The translations under genes and the position numbers were made by a program. This document shows, one piece after another, positions 39,449 to 50,507 of a DNA stretch of 64,000 nucleotides. The stretch spans positions 11,800-75,799 of the forward strand of contig JAITAB010000058.1 in NCBI GenBank assembly GCA_031284315.1, read 5' to 3'. A model generated the notes under the pieces. That model had not been told where the DNA came from and did not search any database. It saw only the letters and a list, made by a program, of their open reading frames with translations. The first letter of the stretch is position 1. Every line of letters starts with the position of its first letter. Source of the stretch: Campylobacteraceae bacterium (GTDB lineage: Bacteria > Campylobacterota > Campylobacteria > Campylobacterales > Campylobacteraceae).

Positions 39449-41434
39449 TTACATGATAAAGATTGTCGGGACAATCGTGGGGTATTTTTTCATGCTTCTA
39501 AAAATATGCTTTCGCACGACCTGACGCACTTCGTTCTCCAAAACCGCCCTATTTTCTATCACATCTTTTTTTGCATTTGACAAAAATTGCACAAGCACCT
39601 CCTCCATCTCCTTCGAAAACTCTTTATCGTTTCTATCTGCGACAAGTCCGTAACTTACGACTTTTGGCTTTGCGATGAGCTTTTTCTCGCGCCTGTCTAT
39701 CTGCGCTATTATCATGACAACGCCCGAATCCGCCAACTGCTGACGGTCCATAACAACATCGTTTTCTATCTGGCTGTTTATTTGGTTATCTATAAATATT
39801 TTGCCGGTTTTGACGCTTTTAACTTTTTTGATATATTCGGCGCAAACCTCAACTTGGTCGCCGTCTTCCATGAGCAGAATATTTTTTGACGGTATCCCGC
39901 ACTCCATGGCGGTTTCTTTGTGTTTTGTTATGTGGTTGAACTCTCCATGTATGGGCAGAAAAAATTTGGGTTTTATGAGGCGGAGCATAAGTTTTTGCTC
40001 CTCTTGCGCGGCATGTCCGCTTACATGTATCTCGCTAAAATCTTGATACGCAACGCTGGCGCCGCTTTTGAGTAAAAAATTTAAAACCGTAGAGACGCTG
40101 CCTTCATTGCCGGGAATGGCTTTGGCGGAGATGATTATCTGGTCTGTCGGCTTTATCTTTATGTGGCGGTGTTCGTCTGTCGCCATTCTATAAAGCGCGG
40201 CCATCGTTTCGCCCTGCGAGCCTGTCGTTACTATAAGCACTTCATTGTCATTGTATTTGCCGACTTCGTGGGCGTCTATAAAGATGCTTTTATCAAGGCT
40301 TATATATCCAAGCTCAATGGCGGTAAAAATATTTCTCTCCATGGAGCGCCCTATAACGCACACTTTTCTGCCGTAATTCAATCCATGTTGAACAGCTTGA
40401 TACACTCTGTGGATATTGGAGGAAAAAGTGGACATGATAACTCTGCCTTTTGATTTGGAAAAGATAGCGTCAAATGTTTTTCCCACAGAACTTTCGGAGC
40501 GCGTAAACCCTTCCTTGTGCGAATTTGTACTGTCGCTAAGCAGACACAAAACCCCCTCTTCCCCGTAGTGCGCGAGCCTGTGCAAATCGGTAGGATACCC
40601 GTCTATGGGCGTATGGTCTATCTTAAAATCCCCAGTGTGTATAATTGTGCCTGCTTTTGTTTTTATCGCAAGCGCGGACGAATCCACGATAGAGTGTGTA
40701 ATGTGTAACCACTCTATTTCAAATTCGCCTATTTTATAAATCTTTCTCTTCTCCACGGGTCGGAACAGGTTTCTTGCACTCTTCAAACCATGCTCTTCAA
40801 GCTTGTTTGATATCATGCCAAGCGGCATGGGAGTAGCGTAAAGCGGCAAAGGCATCTCTTTAAAAAGATATGGAATCGCTCCTATGTGGTCTTCATGGGC
40901 ATGCGTTATTAAAATACCGGCAATTTTATTTTTGATGGTTTTTAAGTAATTAAAATCCGGTATCAATATATCAACGCCTGGCATATCGCTGTCGGGAAAA
41001 CTCATGCCAACATCAACGATAACTGCGCTCGTGTTAGTCTCTATGACAGTGATATTTCCGCCTATTTCGCCAAGTCCGCCAAGCGGTGTTATGCGGATTT
41101 TATCAGCGCTTTTTTGTATCTTTTTAAAGCTGTTGAGCCTGTCGTAATGAGATTTTTTATTAGTCTCTATAGCGCTGTTTAATGCCTTTTGCCATGCTTC
41201 GTTGCCTATGACCGGAGATGGCGGGAGATTGCTTCTTTTGCGCTTTTTTGAATTAGGCTTTGCCGTTTCAATCTTATCTTCCTGCGTATCTGTTTTGGGC
41301 TGTTTTGCAGCTTTTTTAGCCTCTACTGCCGCCTCATGCAGACTGCCGCTTTCACTTTTTGCCGCCTCTTTTTTCTTTGGTCTGCGTTTATAAAAGCGCT
41401 TTTTTGACGCGCTTGCAGAACTGTTATCGTCCAT
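39449..41434 (-). CDS. rnj: Ribonuclease J with Lys-rich N-terminal extension
   Basis: Metallo-beta-lactamase HAHEDHIG, beta-CASP and RNase J C-terminal regions. The first ~130 aa are K/A/S-rich, as reported for Helicobacter RNase J. Confidence 0.92.
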   Translation of the reverse strand: MDDNSSASASKKRFYKRRPKKKEAAKSESGSLHEAAVEAKKAAKQPKTDTQEDKIETAKPNSKKRKRSNLPPSPVIGNEAWQKALNSAIETNKKSHYDRLNSFKKIQKSADKIRITPLGGLGEIGGNITVIETNTSAVIVDVGMSFPDSDMPGVDILIPDFNYLKTIKNKIAGILITHAHEDHIGAIPYLFKEMPLPLYATPMPLGMISNKLEEHGLKSARNLFRPVEKRKIYKIGEFEIEWLHITHSIVDSSALAIKTKAGTIIHTGDFKIDHTPIDGYPTDLHRLAHYGEEGVLCLLSDSTNSHKEGFTRSESSVGKTFDAIFSKSKGRVIMSTFSSNIHRVYQAVQHGLNYGRKVCVIGRSMERNIFTAIELGYISLDKSIFIDAHEVGKYNDNEVLIVTTGSQGETMAALYRMATDEHRHIKIKPTDQIIISAKAIPGNEGSVSTVLNFLLKSGASVAYQDFSEIHVSGHAAQEEQKLMLRLIKPKFFLPIHGEFNHITKHKETAMECGIPSKNILLMEDGDQVEVCAEYIKKVKSVKTGKIFIDNQINSQIENDVVMDRQQLADSGVVMIIAQIDRREKKLIAKPKVVSYGLVADRNDKEFSKEMEEVLVQFLSNAKKDVIENRAVLENEVRQVVRKHIFRSMKKYPTIVPTIFIM

Positions 41435-41448
41435 ATTTTTACCTTTTT

Positions 41449-42225
41449 TTATTTATTTAAGTCATTAAATAGACGAAAATGCATATCGGGAGCTAATTCA
41501 TGAGGACGAAGATTGGAAGCTATGCCAAGCGATAAAAACAACTCTTTTATGCCTTCATAGCGGCTTGCGAGATTTTTTTGCAGTGTTTTTCGCGGAGATT
41601 TAAATGCGGTCAAAATATACTCTTTTAAGCCGCAAATTTCAAATTTTAAACTTCTATTTTTTTGAATTTTGACAACAGCCGAATCAATTTTCGGCTGTGG
41701 AAAAAACGCAGTTTTAGGCACTTCAAAAAGAATGTTTACCTTGCTTAAAATTTGAACCAAAACGGACATGGAAGTATAATCGCTGCCGCCGCATGAAGCT
41801 GTGAGCTTTAAAGCCGCCTCTTTTTGCGTCATCAAAACGGCTCCGATGCAATTTTTATCTTCCAAGACCTTATAAATAATCGGCGTTGTAATATAATAAG
41901 GAATATTAGCGCATATAAAATACGGCTCCGGACAAAGCGGCAGGCTCTGCCAATACTCCAAAATATCGCCGAAATAGAGTTCTAACCGTTTGGTTTTTAT
42001 CTCTTCCTTGAACACTCTGCTTAAATGTTCATGCAAATCTTCATCGACTTCATAAGCCCGCAGAGCATACCGCTCAAGCAGCGCTTTCGTCAAATCACCT
42101 AACCCAGGTCCGATTTCAACAAGACTCGCATCTTTAATATCGGGCATCGATTGGATGATTTTGTCTATAAAACTTTTATCTGTCAGAAAATTTTGACCGA
42201 AATATTTTTTCGCTTTTATCTTCAC
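41449..42225 (-). CDS. rsmA: 16S rRNA (adenine1518/1519-N6)-dimethyltransferase
   Basis: KKYFGQNFL, EIGPGLGDLT, NIPYYITTPI. GTG start. Confidence 0.93.
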   Translation of the reverse strand: MKIKAKKYFGQNFLTDKSFIDKIIQSMPDIKDASLVEIGPGLGDLTKALLERYALRAYEVDEDLHEHLSRVFKEEIKTKRLELYFGDILEYWQSLPLCPEPYFICANIPYYITTPIIYKVLEDKNCIGAVLMTQKEAALKLTASCGGSDYTSMSVLVQILSKVNILFEVPKTAFFPQPKIDSAVVKIQKNRSLKFEICGLKEYILTAFKSPRKTLQKNLASRYEGIKELFLSLGIASNLRPHELAPDMHFRLFNDLNK

Positions 42226-42387
42226 GCGTCCAAATTATACTGTTTAATGGCGGAGTATAACCAATCTTTGCTTATATGACGGTTACATATCTATTTTTCA
42301 CTGCTATTTTTATCTATAAAAGTTATTTTTCAGTCGTTTTTTTTGAATGGTTTGTTATTATCATAAAAATGGTTTTACGGAGTTTTT

Positions 42388-43146
42388 ATGCAGACTTTTG
42401 CAAAACGGATTATTCCATGTCTTGACGTCAAAAACGGGCGTGTTGTTAAGGGCGTTAATTTTGTCGGACTTCAAGACGCCGGAGACCCTGTGGAGGTCGC
42501 CAAACGCTACAATGACGAAGGCGCTGACGAACTTTGTTTTTTAGATATTACGGCAAGCAATGAAAAACGGGATACTATTGTAGAGCTTGTCGCCAAAGCC
42601 GCCAAAGAGGTTTTTATACCGCTGACTGTCGGGGGCGGCATACGCAAACTTGACGATATATATGCGCTGTTGAATGTCGGCTGTGATAAAGTGAGTATAA
42701 ACTCCGCCGCGATAGACAATCCCGACCTTATAACGCAAGCCGCATCGCGTTTTGGTTCTCAATGTATAGTCGTAGCGATTGATGCAAAAAAGAGCGGCGG
42801 CAGCTGGCATATATATAAACACGGCGGGCGCATAGATATGGGTATTGATGCGCTCAATTGGGCAAAAGAGGCAGAAGATAGAGGCGCGGGGGAGATACTC
42901 TTGACATCCATGGATAAAGACGGCACAAAAGACGGATACGATATATGGCTGACTTCCAAAATGAGCCGCATGTTAAATATTCCCGTTATCGCCAGCGGCG
43001 GAGCGGGCAATATGGAACATATAAAAGAGGTTTTTGAAAATTACGCCGATGCCGCCCTCGCCGCTTCAATATTTCACTTTAAAGAGATAGAGATAATGGA
43101 TTTGAAAAGATATCTTAAAAACGAAGGAGTGGCTATTAGACTATGA
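42388..43146 (+). CDS. hisF: Imidazole glycerol phosphate synthase cyclase subunit
   Basis: [40 protein letters not shown]. Confidence 0.96.
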   Translation: MQTFAKRIIPCLDVKNGRVVKGVNFVGLQDAGDPVEVAKRYNDEGADELCFLDITASNEKRDTIVELVAKAAKEVFIPLTVGGGIRKLDDIYALLNVGCDKVSINSAAIDNPDLITQAASRFGSQCIVVAIDAKKSGGSWHIYKHGGRIDMGIDALNWAKEAEDRGAGEILLTSMDKDGTKDGYDIWLTSKMSRMLNIPVIASGGAGNMEHIKEVFENYADAALAASIFHFKEIEIMDLKRYLKNEGVAIRL

Positions 43147-43694
43147 TATTAAGCGCAGGACTTGGAGAAACATTTCCGTTTGCCGTCCCGATAGGCGTGG
43201 GGCTTGTTAACGCTTCCATCAATTTAACGCGCGTACTGATGAAAAAGAGTCCGAAAAATCTGCTTTTCATCGGCACTGCGGGAAGCTATGGAAATTATAA
43301 GGAGTTTCAGCTGCTTGTTTCAAATAGAGCTGTTAATATAGAGATAGGATTTTTGCAAAATTTCTCATACAGTCCGATTTTGGGTGAAATAAGAGGAGCT
43401 GAAACAAATGTTTCACGTGGAACATTGGGCAAAATCATTGTAAATTCAAGTAATTTTATCACCGCTGACGCCGCACAGGCAAAGCTCTTTTTAGAATATG
43501 GTTTGAGCATAGAAAATATGGAATTTTTCGCTGTTTTAAAAACTGCTGAAAAATTTAATATTCCCGCGCTCGGACTGTTTTGCATCACAAATTATTGCGA
43601 TAAAGACGCTCATGATAATTTTTTCAAAAACCAGCGAGAAGCAAAAGAGTTGTTAAAAAAGAGCGCTTTGTCCGATTTTAAAGATTTTCTATGA
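43143..43694 (+). CDS. Nucleoside phosphorylase-I superfamily protein (PNP/MTAN-like; possibly futalosine hydrolase-type)
   Basis: 183 aa. [16 protein letters not shown] and the terminal LFCITNYCD resemble the PNP_UDP_1 fold. Specificity is not inferable. Confidence 0.55.
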   Translation: MILSAGLGETFPFAVPIGVGLVNASINLTRVLMKKSPKNLLFIGTAGSYGNYKEFQLLVSNRAVNIEIGFLQNFSYSPILGEIRGAETNVSRGTLGKIIVNSSNFITADAAQAKLFLEYGLSIENMEFFAVLKTAEKFNIPALGLFCITNYCDKDAHDNFFKNQREAKELLKKSALSDFKDFL

Positions 43695-44758
43695 CTTCAA
43701 TTTTGGATTTGACAAAAGATGAACTTGCGCAAAAAATCAAGCCTTCGTTTCATGCGAGGCAAATATATCAGTGGATATACCAAAAGTATGCAAATTCATT
43801 CCATGAAATGTTAAATCTCCCCAAAATTTTGCGCGATAAACTTGCGCAAGAGTACATACTTTCACCTCTTGCTTTGGTAAAAGAGGAGCAAAGCGTTGAT
43901 GGAAGCAAAAAATATCTCTTCTCGCTTCAAGATAAACTTACGATAGAGAGCGTTCTGCTTCCCATGAAAAACGAACAATTTGACGAAAACGGCGGCAGAA
44001 TACATCATGCGCGGTACACTATTTGCATATCGTCTCAAGTCGGCTGTAGAATGGGCTGCGCCTTTTGTTTAACAGGCAAGAGCGGATTTGTGCGAAATTT
44101 AAGCGCAGGCGAGATAACAGCGCAGGTTCTTTTTATCAAAAAATTAAACAATATAAGCGCGGAACGCCGCGTAAATATAGTTTACATGGGTATGGGCGAG
44201 CCGCTCGACAATCTGCAAAATGTCGCAAAAGCGATTGGTATTTTCGCAGATATTGACGCTCTTGCCATCAGCCCGAAGAGACAGACTGTCTCTACAAGCG
44301 GGCTTAGCGCGCAAATAGCAAAGCTTGGCAAAATGGACCTCGGCGTACTTTTAGCGATATCTTTACATGCGATTGACGACGAAACAAGGGAAAAACTTAT
44401 GCCGATAAATAGAGCGTACAATATCAAATCCGTCATTGAAGCTGTAAGCGTTTTCCCGATAGATATGCGAAAAAGAGTACTGTTTGAATATCTCGTCATA
44501 AAAAATGTGAACGACTCTTTGCAAAGCGCAAAAAAATTAGTGAAACTGCTAAGTCAGATAAAGGCAAAGGTAAATTTGATATACTTCAATCCACACAATG
44601 GAAGCAAATTTGAAAGACCAAACGAAAAAGATGTCGCGGCGTTTGCTGATTTTCTAAATTCGCATGGATTGCTTTGCACCATACGGCAATCAAAAGGACT
44701 TGACATAAGCGCGGCATGCGGACAGTTAAAACAGAGGAGAGAAAATGAGCTGGCTTGA
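43691..44758 (+). CDS. rlmN: 23S rRNA/tRNA (adenine-C2)-methyltransferase, radical SAM
   Basis: [18 protein letters not shown] (CxxxCxxC), MGMGEPL, and the C-terminal conserved [11 protein letters not shown]. Confidence 0.94.
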   Translation: MTSILDLTKDELAQKIKPSFHARQIYQWIYQKYANSFHEMLNLPKILRDKLAQEYILSPLALVKEEQSVDGSKKYLFSLQDKLTIESVLLPMKNEQFDENGGRIHHARYTICISSQVGCRMGCAFCLTGKSGFVRNLSAGEITAQVLFIKKLNNISAERRVNIVYMGMGEPLDNLQNVAKAIGIFADIDALAISPKRQTVSTSGLSAQIAKLGKMDLGVLLAISLHAIDDETREKLMPINRAYNIKSVIEAVSVFPIDMRKRVLFEYLVIKNVNDSLQSAKKLVKLLSQIKAKVNLIYFNPHNGSKFERPNEKDVAAFADFLNSHGLLCTIRQSKGLDISAACGQLKQRRENELA

Positions 44759-44840
44759 TATATCGCTATTTATTTTGGTAGGTATTGTTGTTATTGCGGC
44801 TATTGCGGCGCTGATAAAGGTCATTTTTTTTGAGAATTAA
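44745..44840 (+). CDS. Possible 31-aa single-TM peptide
   Basis: [31 protein letters not shown], with AGGAGAG upstream. Overlaps the rlmN 3' end. Speculative. Confidence 0.3.
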   Translation: MSWLDISLFILVGIVVIAAIAALIKVIFFEN

Positions 44841-44878
44841 GGTTTTTTTAGTATAATTTTAAATTTTAAGGAGAAAAT

Positions 44879-45529
44879 ATGAATTCAAACAGAAAAGTTC
44901 TTTTCAAGGTCGCCGCATCTTTGGTTTTTCTATTTATTGCCGCATATTTTATAACTATTTTTTTTAGCGCTGCAAATAAATTACCGCCTGAGCCTAATGC
45001 GCGCGAAAATGACGCTACATTACTTGGAATAGACTCAAATAAAAACAATGTAAGAGACGATGTGGAGAGATGGATTTACCAGACTTATGATACATATACT
45101 CCATGCAGCGAAAGAGACATAAGCATCAGTTCGTCAAGCGGCGAATTTTATACTACAACCATTAAAGAGTGCAACGGAGAAGCCATAAATTACCACCCGA
45201 TAATACATGAGATAGCTATGCAGTATGCAAGGGCATATCAAGAGATACTTAAAAATCCCGATAATATAGAAAAAAATATCGAGATAGAAGACGCGGCATA
45301 TTACTGCAACAGATATTTTACAAACAGCGAAACAGAGATAAAAACCATACTGATAGATCCTGCCATAGCTTCAAAACTTAAAGATATTCAATTTAACACT
45401 CAAAACCGCATACGAACATATGAATTGTACAAAGAGCAGTTGAGAGGAAGCGTTTATGAATTGGAACAGAACTTTTATAAAAAATATTGCGATTTTAATG
45501 TGGACGCGCTTCTTGCGCAAAGCAATTGA
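44879..45529 (+). CDS. Hypothetical membrane-anchored or secreted protein
   Basis: AAGGAG RBS, an N-terminal hydrophobic helix, and no recognised domain. Confidence 0.6.
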   Translation: MNSNRKVLFKVAASLVFLFIAAYFITIFFSAANKLPPEPNARENDATLLGIDSNKNNVRDDVERWIYQTYDTYTPCSERDISISSSSGEFYTTTIKECNGEAINYHPIIHEIAMQYARAYQEILKNPDNIEKNIEIEDAAYYCNRYFTNSETEIKTILIDPAIASKLKDIQFNTQNRIRTYELYKEQLRGSVYELEQNFYKKYCDFNVDALLAQSN

Positions 45530-45532
45530 CAG

Positions 45533-46453
45533 CTATGGTTTTGAGGGCGGTAAAATAGAATTGATAAATTCCGTTTCAATGTCTATCGCTGATTTAAAGC
45601 TATACTTTTCTGCTTTATATTGAAAGTCCAACTTATACGCATGCAGCAGCAGCCTTGAAGCTCCCGTAAATTCTATTCTTGATTTCAAATCCATCTTTCC
45701 ATCCAAATACATCGCGGCGCACTCAGTATCCACTCCGTAAATCGGGTCGCCCATGATAGAATGTTCCACGTGAAACAAATGCGCCCTTATCTGATGCTGA
45801 CGCCCTGTTTTTGGGACTGCTTTTACCAAAGCGGCATTCAAATCTTTAAAATATTTTATCGGATAAATTTCTGTAACCGCCTCTTTGCCGCGCCTGTCTA
45901 TGCAGACTTTCAATTTTATCGTCTCGTAATTGTTATTTACCATTATCGGCGCATTTATGACTATCGGCTCTTTCAATTCGCCATTTACAAGCGCGATATA
46001 CTCTTTTTGTACGCTTTTTTCTTCAAAAAGTCTTTTAAGTCCTCTCTCCTCGCTTTTATTTTTTGAGACCATCAATAGTCCGCTTGTCTCTTTATCAAGT
46101 CTGTGGACTATATTAGCGTTTTTGCCATAAAGATATTTTATTTCGTCATTAAGAGAATATTCGGTCATTCTGTCTCTCGGGTGCGCCAAAACTCCGCTCG
46201 GCTTTTCAAAAATTGCGAAAAACTCATTTTCATATATAGGCAGCAATCCTCTCGGACGCGGCTCATAAGCCAAAAGCGTTATATTTCCGCTTATCATGTC
46301 GGACTTTCTTTTGACTATCAAGCCGTTTTGCAAAAGCTGTTTTCTATCTATCGCTCTTTGCGCTTCTTGCATGGTAAATCCCAACTCATGCACTAAAAAT
46401 ATCCATGCTTTAATATATTTATTTAAGGTAAAATCTTTTGAAATATAAGGCAA
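45533..46453 (-). CDS. RluA-family pseudouridine synthase
   Basis: Catalytic HRLDKETSGLL, and GRQHQIRAHL. The apparent start is TTG at 46453, which is uncertain. Confidence 0.88.
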   Translation of the reverse strand: MPYISKDFTLNKYIKAWIFLVHELGFTMQEAQRAIDRKQLLQNGLIVKRKSDMISGNITLLAYEPRPRGLLPIYENEFFAIFEKPSGVLAHPRDRMTEYSLNDEIKYLYGKNANIVHRLDKETSGLLMVSKNKSEERGLKRLFEEKSVQKEYIALVNGELKEPIVINAPIMVNNNYETIKLKVCIDRRGKEAVTEIYPIKYFKDLNAALVKAVPKTGRQHQIRAHLFHVEHSIMGDPIYGVDTECAAMYLDGKMDLKSRIEFTGASRLLLHAYKLDFQYKAEKYSFKSAIDIETEFINSILPPSKP

Positions 46454-46578
46454 TTTTTACTCTCTTTTGGTTAAAATTTGATCTTTACATATATCAAGAT
46501 TACGCATATACTATTCCTCTTGCGGGCAAGATTGAAAAGAGAAAAGAAAATCTAATTATACCCTTTAAAGGCTTATTT

Positions 46579-47919
46579 ATGATAGAAAGATATTCAAGAA
46601 AAGAGATGAAAGAAAAATGGACTCTCAAAGCAAAATACGATGCTTGGCTTAGAGTTGAAAAATCTGTCGTTAAAGCTTGGAATAAACTGGGGCTTATACC
46701 CGATAGCGACTGCGAAAAGATAATAAAAAACGCCGCATTTGATATAGATAGAATCGAAACGATAGAAAAAGAGACAAAGCACGATGTTATCGCATTTTTG
46801 ACATCTGTATCGGAAAGCTTGGGCAAAGAGAGTCGTTTTGTGCACTACGGCATGACAAGCTCGGACTGTATAGATACGGCGGTAGCTTTGCAAATAAAAG
46901 AGTCTCTTGAACTTATCATTGAAGATGTGAATTTGCTTTTAAACGCTCTCAAAAAAAGAGCCGCAGAACATAAATATACGCTCATGGCGGGACGCAGCCA
47001 CGGCATACACGGCGAACCGATAACATTCGGACTTGTTTTAGCGATATGGTATGACGAGGTAAAAAGAAGTCTTGAAAATCTACAATATGTAAAGCGCGTG
47101 ATAAGCGCAGGAAAGATAAGCGGCGCTATGGGCAATTTCGCGCACGCTCCCGTTGAACTTGAAGAGATAGTCTGCGCCGATTTGGGTCTTTCGCCCGCGC
47201 CCGCGTCAAATCAAATAATACAGCGCGACCGTTATGCCGCACTTTTTAATGCGCTCGCCCTTTTAGCCTCTTCATGCGAAAAAATAGCGGTCGCGATACG
47301 CCACTACCAAAGAACAGAAGTGTATGAAGCGGAAGAGTTTTTCTCAAAAGGGCAAAAAGGCAGCTCCGCCATGCCGCACAAAAGAAATCCCGTCCTTAGC
47401 GAAAATATCACGGGACTTTGCCGCGTCATAAGAAGTTACGCCGCGCCCGCCATGGAAAATGTAGCCTTGTGGCATGAGCGGGATATAAGCCACAGCTCGG
47501 TTGAGAGATTTATCCTGCCTGACGGTTTTATCACTACTGATTTTATGCTGGCAAGATTAAATAATTTGATAGAAAATCTTCTCATATATCCGAAAAATAT
47601 GCTGAAAAATTTAAATCTGACAGGCGGACTTGTGTTTTCGCAGCGCATTTTATTAGAATTGCCCATGCGCGGCGTATCAAGAGAGGATGCTTATAAAATA
47701 GTGCAAAGAAACGCTATGAGAGTTTGGGAAGATTTACAGCAGGGATTCGCCGCTGTAAATGAAAAAGGCGAGAGTCTGTTTTTGCAAAATCTGCTTTTGG
47801 ACGAAGATTTGACGACAAAACTGACAAAAGAGGAGATACGAGCCTGCTTTGACTATGACTATTACACAAAAAATGTGGATAAAATTTTTAATCGTGTTTT
47901 TGGAGGAAATGAAAAATAA
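46579..47919 (+). CDS. purB: Adenylosuccinate lyase
   Basis: MIERYSRKEM..W, and the signature SSAMPHKRNP. The internal ATG at 46579 is preferred over the ORF-track start. The stop shares one nt with the nrdA ATG. Confidence 0.94.
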   Translation: MIERYSRKEMKEKWTLKAKYDAWLRVEKSVVKAWNKLGLIPDSDCEKIIKNAAFDIDRIETIEKETKHDVIAFLTSVSESLGKESRFVHYGMTSSDCIDTAVALQIKESLELIIEDVNLLLNALKKRAAEHKYTLMAGRSHGIHGEPITFGLVLAIWYDEVKRSLENLQYVKRVISAGKISGAMGNFAHAPVELEEIVCADLGLSPAPASNQIIQRDRYAALFNALALLASSCEKIAVAIRHYQRTEVYEAEEFFSKGQKGSSAMPHKRNPVLSENITGLCRVIRSYAAPAMENVALWHERDISHSSVERFILPDGFITTDFMLARLNNLIENLLIYPKNMLKNLNLTGGLVFSQRILLELPMRGVSREDAYKIVQRNAMRVWEDLQQGFAAVNEKGESLFLQNLLLDEDLTTKLTKEEIRACFDYDYYTKNVDKIFNRVFGGNEK

Positions 47920-50288
47920 TGCTTACAGTTATCAAAAGAAGCGGCAGAACCGAACCGCTTGATATATCAAAAATCAAAAAATATACGTCTGAATCCGTTA
48001 AAGACTTGGATAATGTAAGTCTAAGCGAGCTTGAAGTGGACGCAAAGATACAGTTTCGCGACCAGATAACTACTGCTGAGATACAGCAAACTCTCATTAA
48101 AACGGCTGTGGACAAGATAGATGTGGATAGGCCGAATTGGACATTTGTCGCCGCGCGGCTCTTTTTGTACGATTTGTATCACAGAGTGAACGGCTTTTCG
48201 GGGTACGGACATTTGAAAGATTATTTTGAAAAAGGCGAAAAAGAGGGGCGAATTGTTTTGGGCTTGAAAAAAAAGTATGATTTGGACGATTTGGACGCCT
48301 ATATAGACTCTTCGCGCGATTTGCAGTTCACATATCTTGGCGTAAAAACGCTCCATGACAGATATTTATTGAAAAACCGCAAAGGCGAACCGATAGAGCT
48401 TCCTCAGCACATGTTTATGGCGATAGCGATGTTTTTGGCGCAAAATGAGTTAAATTCGCAGGATTGGGCGAAAAAGTTTTATGATTTGATAAGCAAATTT
48501 GAAGTTATGCCCGCGACCCCTACTCTTTCCAACGCCAGAACGCCGCGCCATCAATTAAGCTCCTGCTATGTCGGCTCCACTCCCGATAATATAGAAGGAA
48601 TATTTGACAGTTTTAAAGAGATGTCGCTTTTAAGCAAATACGGCGGCGGCATCGGCTGGGATTGGAATCTCGTACGCGCAATGGGCGGCATGATAGACGG
48701 ACACAAAAACGCGGCGGGCGGCGTTATACCGTTTCTGAAAATCACAAACGACATCGCCGTAGCCGTTGACCAGCTCGGCACAAGAAAAGGCGCGATTGCC
48801 GTATATATAGAGCCTTGGCACATGGATGTGTCCGACTTTTTGGATTTGAAAAAAAATTCCGGCGAAGAGAGACGCCGCACGCATGAACTGTTTCCGTCTC
48901 TTTGGATAAACGACCTGTTCATGAAGCGCATAGAACAAGACGCCATGTGGACGCTTTTTGACCCTGCCGATACGCCTGATTTATGCGGATTGTACAGCGA
49001 AGAGTTTGAAAAAAGATATGAAGAATATGAGAAAAATCCGGATATTCCAAAAGAGTTTATAAAAGCAAAAGATCTTTGGAAAAAAATACTTACGAACTAT
49101 TTTGAGTCGGGAAGTCCGTTTTTGTGTTTCAAAGACAATGCCAACAGAGCCAATCCCAACAACCACACGGGAATCATCAGAAGTTCCAACCTCTGCACGG
49201 AAATATTTCAAAATACGCAGCCAAACCACTACATGATAAAAGTTGTCTTTAACGACGGCGAAACGCGCCTATTTGAGGAAAACGAGGATATAACAACGGA
49301 TGTCGGCATAACCAAAAAAGCCAAAAAAATAACCGCGCTTGATACCATCGGCGGCAAAGAGATATTTATCGTGGAAAAAGCCGTAAAAGAGGGAAAAACC
49401 GCCGTTTGCAACTTGGCAAGTATAAACCTCTCCAAAGTGAATACAAAAGAGGATATAGAAAGAGTAGCGCCGATAGCGATTAGAATGTTAGATAATGTCA
49501 TAGACCTTAACTTTTACCCGCATGCCAAAGTCAAACGCACCAACCTGCTCTCGCGCTCCATAGGTTTGGGCGTCATGGGCGAAGCGCAAATGCTCGCAGA
49601 ACAGGGCATCACATGGGGCAAATACGACCATTTATCAAAAATAGACGAAATCATGGAAGCGATAAGTTATAACGCCATCAAAGCGTCAAGCAATTTGAGT
49701 TTGGAAAAGGGAGCGTATCCTGAATTTGAAGGCTCAAAATGGAGCAAAGGGATATTTCCCATAGATATCGCGAACGAAAACGCAAAAAAACTCGTGGACA
49801 GAGGCGGGCTTTTCGGATATACCTATGACTGGGAAAAATTAAGAGAAAAAGTGAAAAAAGACGGCATGCGCAACGGCTACCTCATGGCTATCGCGCCCAC
49901 AAGCTCCATTTCGATACTTGTAGGCACTACGCAAACGATAGAGCCTGTCTATAAAAGAAAGTGGTTTGAAGAGAATTTATCGGGCATGATACCCGTAACC
50001 GCGCCGAAACTCTCGCCCGATACTTGGGGATTTTACACGCCCGCGTATGAACTTGACCAAAGGCTTTTGATACAAGCAGGCGCCGTCCGCCAAAAGTGGA
50101 TAGACCAGGGGCAGAGCCTGAATATCTTTATCATGCTTGACAAAGCGAGCGGAAAATACCTAAACGATATTTATCTGTTGGGCTGGAAACTCGGGCTAAA
50201 ATCGGTATATTATCTGCGAAGCCAGTCGCCCGAAACACACTCCGTAGATGTAGCCGACAGAAGCATAGAGTGCGACGGCTGCCAATAG
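47919..50288 (+). CDS. nrdA: Ribonucleoside-diphosphate reductase alpha subunit (class Ia)
   Basis: N-terminal ATP-cone (VIKRSGRTEPLD), active-site NLCTEI, and a C-terminal CDGCQ redox tail. Confidence 0.96.
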   Translation: MLTVIKRSGRTEPLDISKIKKYTSESVKDLDNVSLSELEVDAKIQFRDQITTAEIQQTLIKTAVDKIDVDRPNWTFVAARLFLYDLYHRVNGFSGYGHLKDYFEKGEKEGRIVLGLKKKYDLDDLDAYIDSSRDLQFTYLGVKTLHDRYLLKNRKGEPIELPQHMFMAIAMFLAQNELNSQDWAKKFYDLISKFEVMPATPTLSNARTPRHQLSSCYVGSTPDNIEGIFDSFKEMSLLSKYGGGIGWDWNLVRAMGGMIDGHKNAAGGVIPFLKITNDIAVAVDQLGTRKGAIAVYIEPWHMDVSDFLDLKKNSGEERRRTHELFPSLWINDLFMKRIEQDAMWTLFDPADTPDLCGLYSEEFEKRYEEYEKNPDIPKEFIKAKDLWKKILTNYFESGSPFLCFKDNANRANPNNHTGIIRSSNLCTEIFQNTQPNHYMIKVVFNDGETRLFEENEDITTDVGITKKAKKITALDTIGGKEIFIVEKAVKEGKTAVCNLASINLSKVNTKEDIERVAPIAIRMLDNVIDLNFYPHAKVKRTNLLSRSIGLGVMGEAQMLAEQGITWGKYDHLSKIDEIMEAISYNAIKASSNLSLEKGAYPEFEGSKWSKGIFPIDIANENAKKLVDRGGLFGYTYDWEKLREKVKKDGMRNGYLMAIAPTSSISILVGTTQTIEPVYKRKWFEENLSGMIPVTAPKLSPDTWGFYTPAYELDQRLLIQAGAVRQKWIDQGQSLNIFIMLDKASGKYLNDIYLLGWKLGLKSVYYLRSQSPETHSVDVADRSIECDGCQ

Positions 50289-50481
50289 GAGCGTTTACCG
50301 CTTAATTTTGGCAAAAACGCGGGAAATTGAAAGGCGTATGCGAAAGATAGCTTTGCGGACTGTTTAAAATATCGGCGGGACATTAAAGAACAGCTTTGCA
50401 TATTGATATTATGAATGGTATATATTACTTTTACGCTATTTTAAATTATATCCATAACTTCGGCTCTCATGCGTAAAACTT

Positions 50482-50499
50482 GGCGCGGATTTCCGCGCC
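50482..50499. terminator. GC-rich hairpin between convergent genes
   Basis: GGCGCGG-attt-CCGCGCC, between the nrdA stop (50288) and the end of the minus-strand lipoprotein gene (50508). Confidence 0.4.
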
Positions 50500-50507
50500 C
50501 GTTAAAA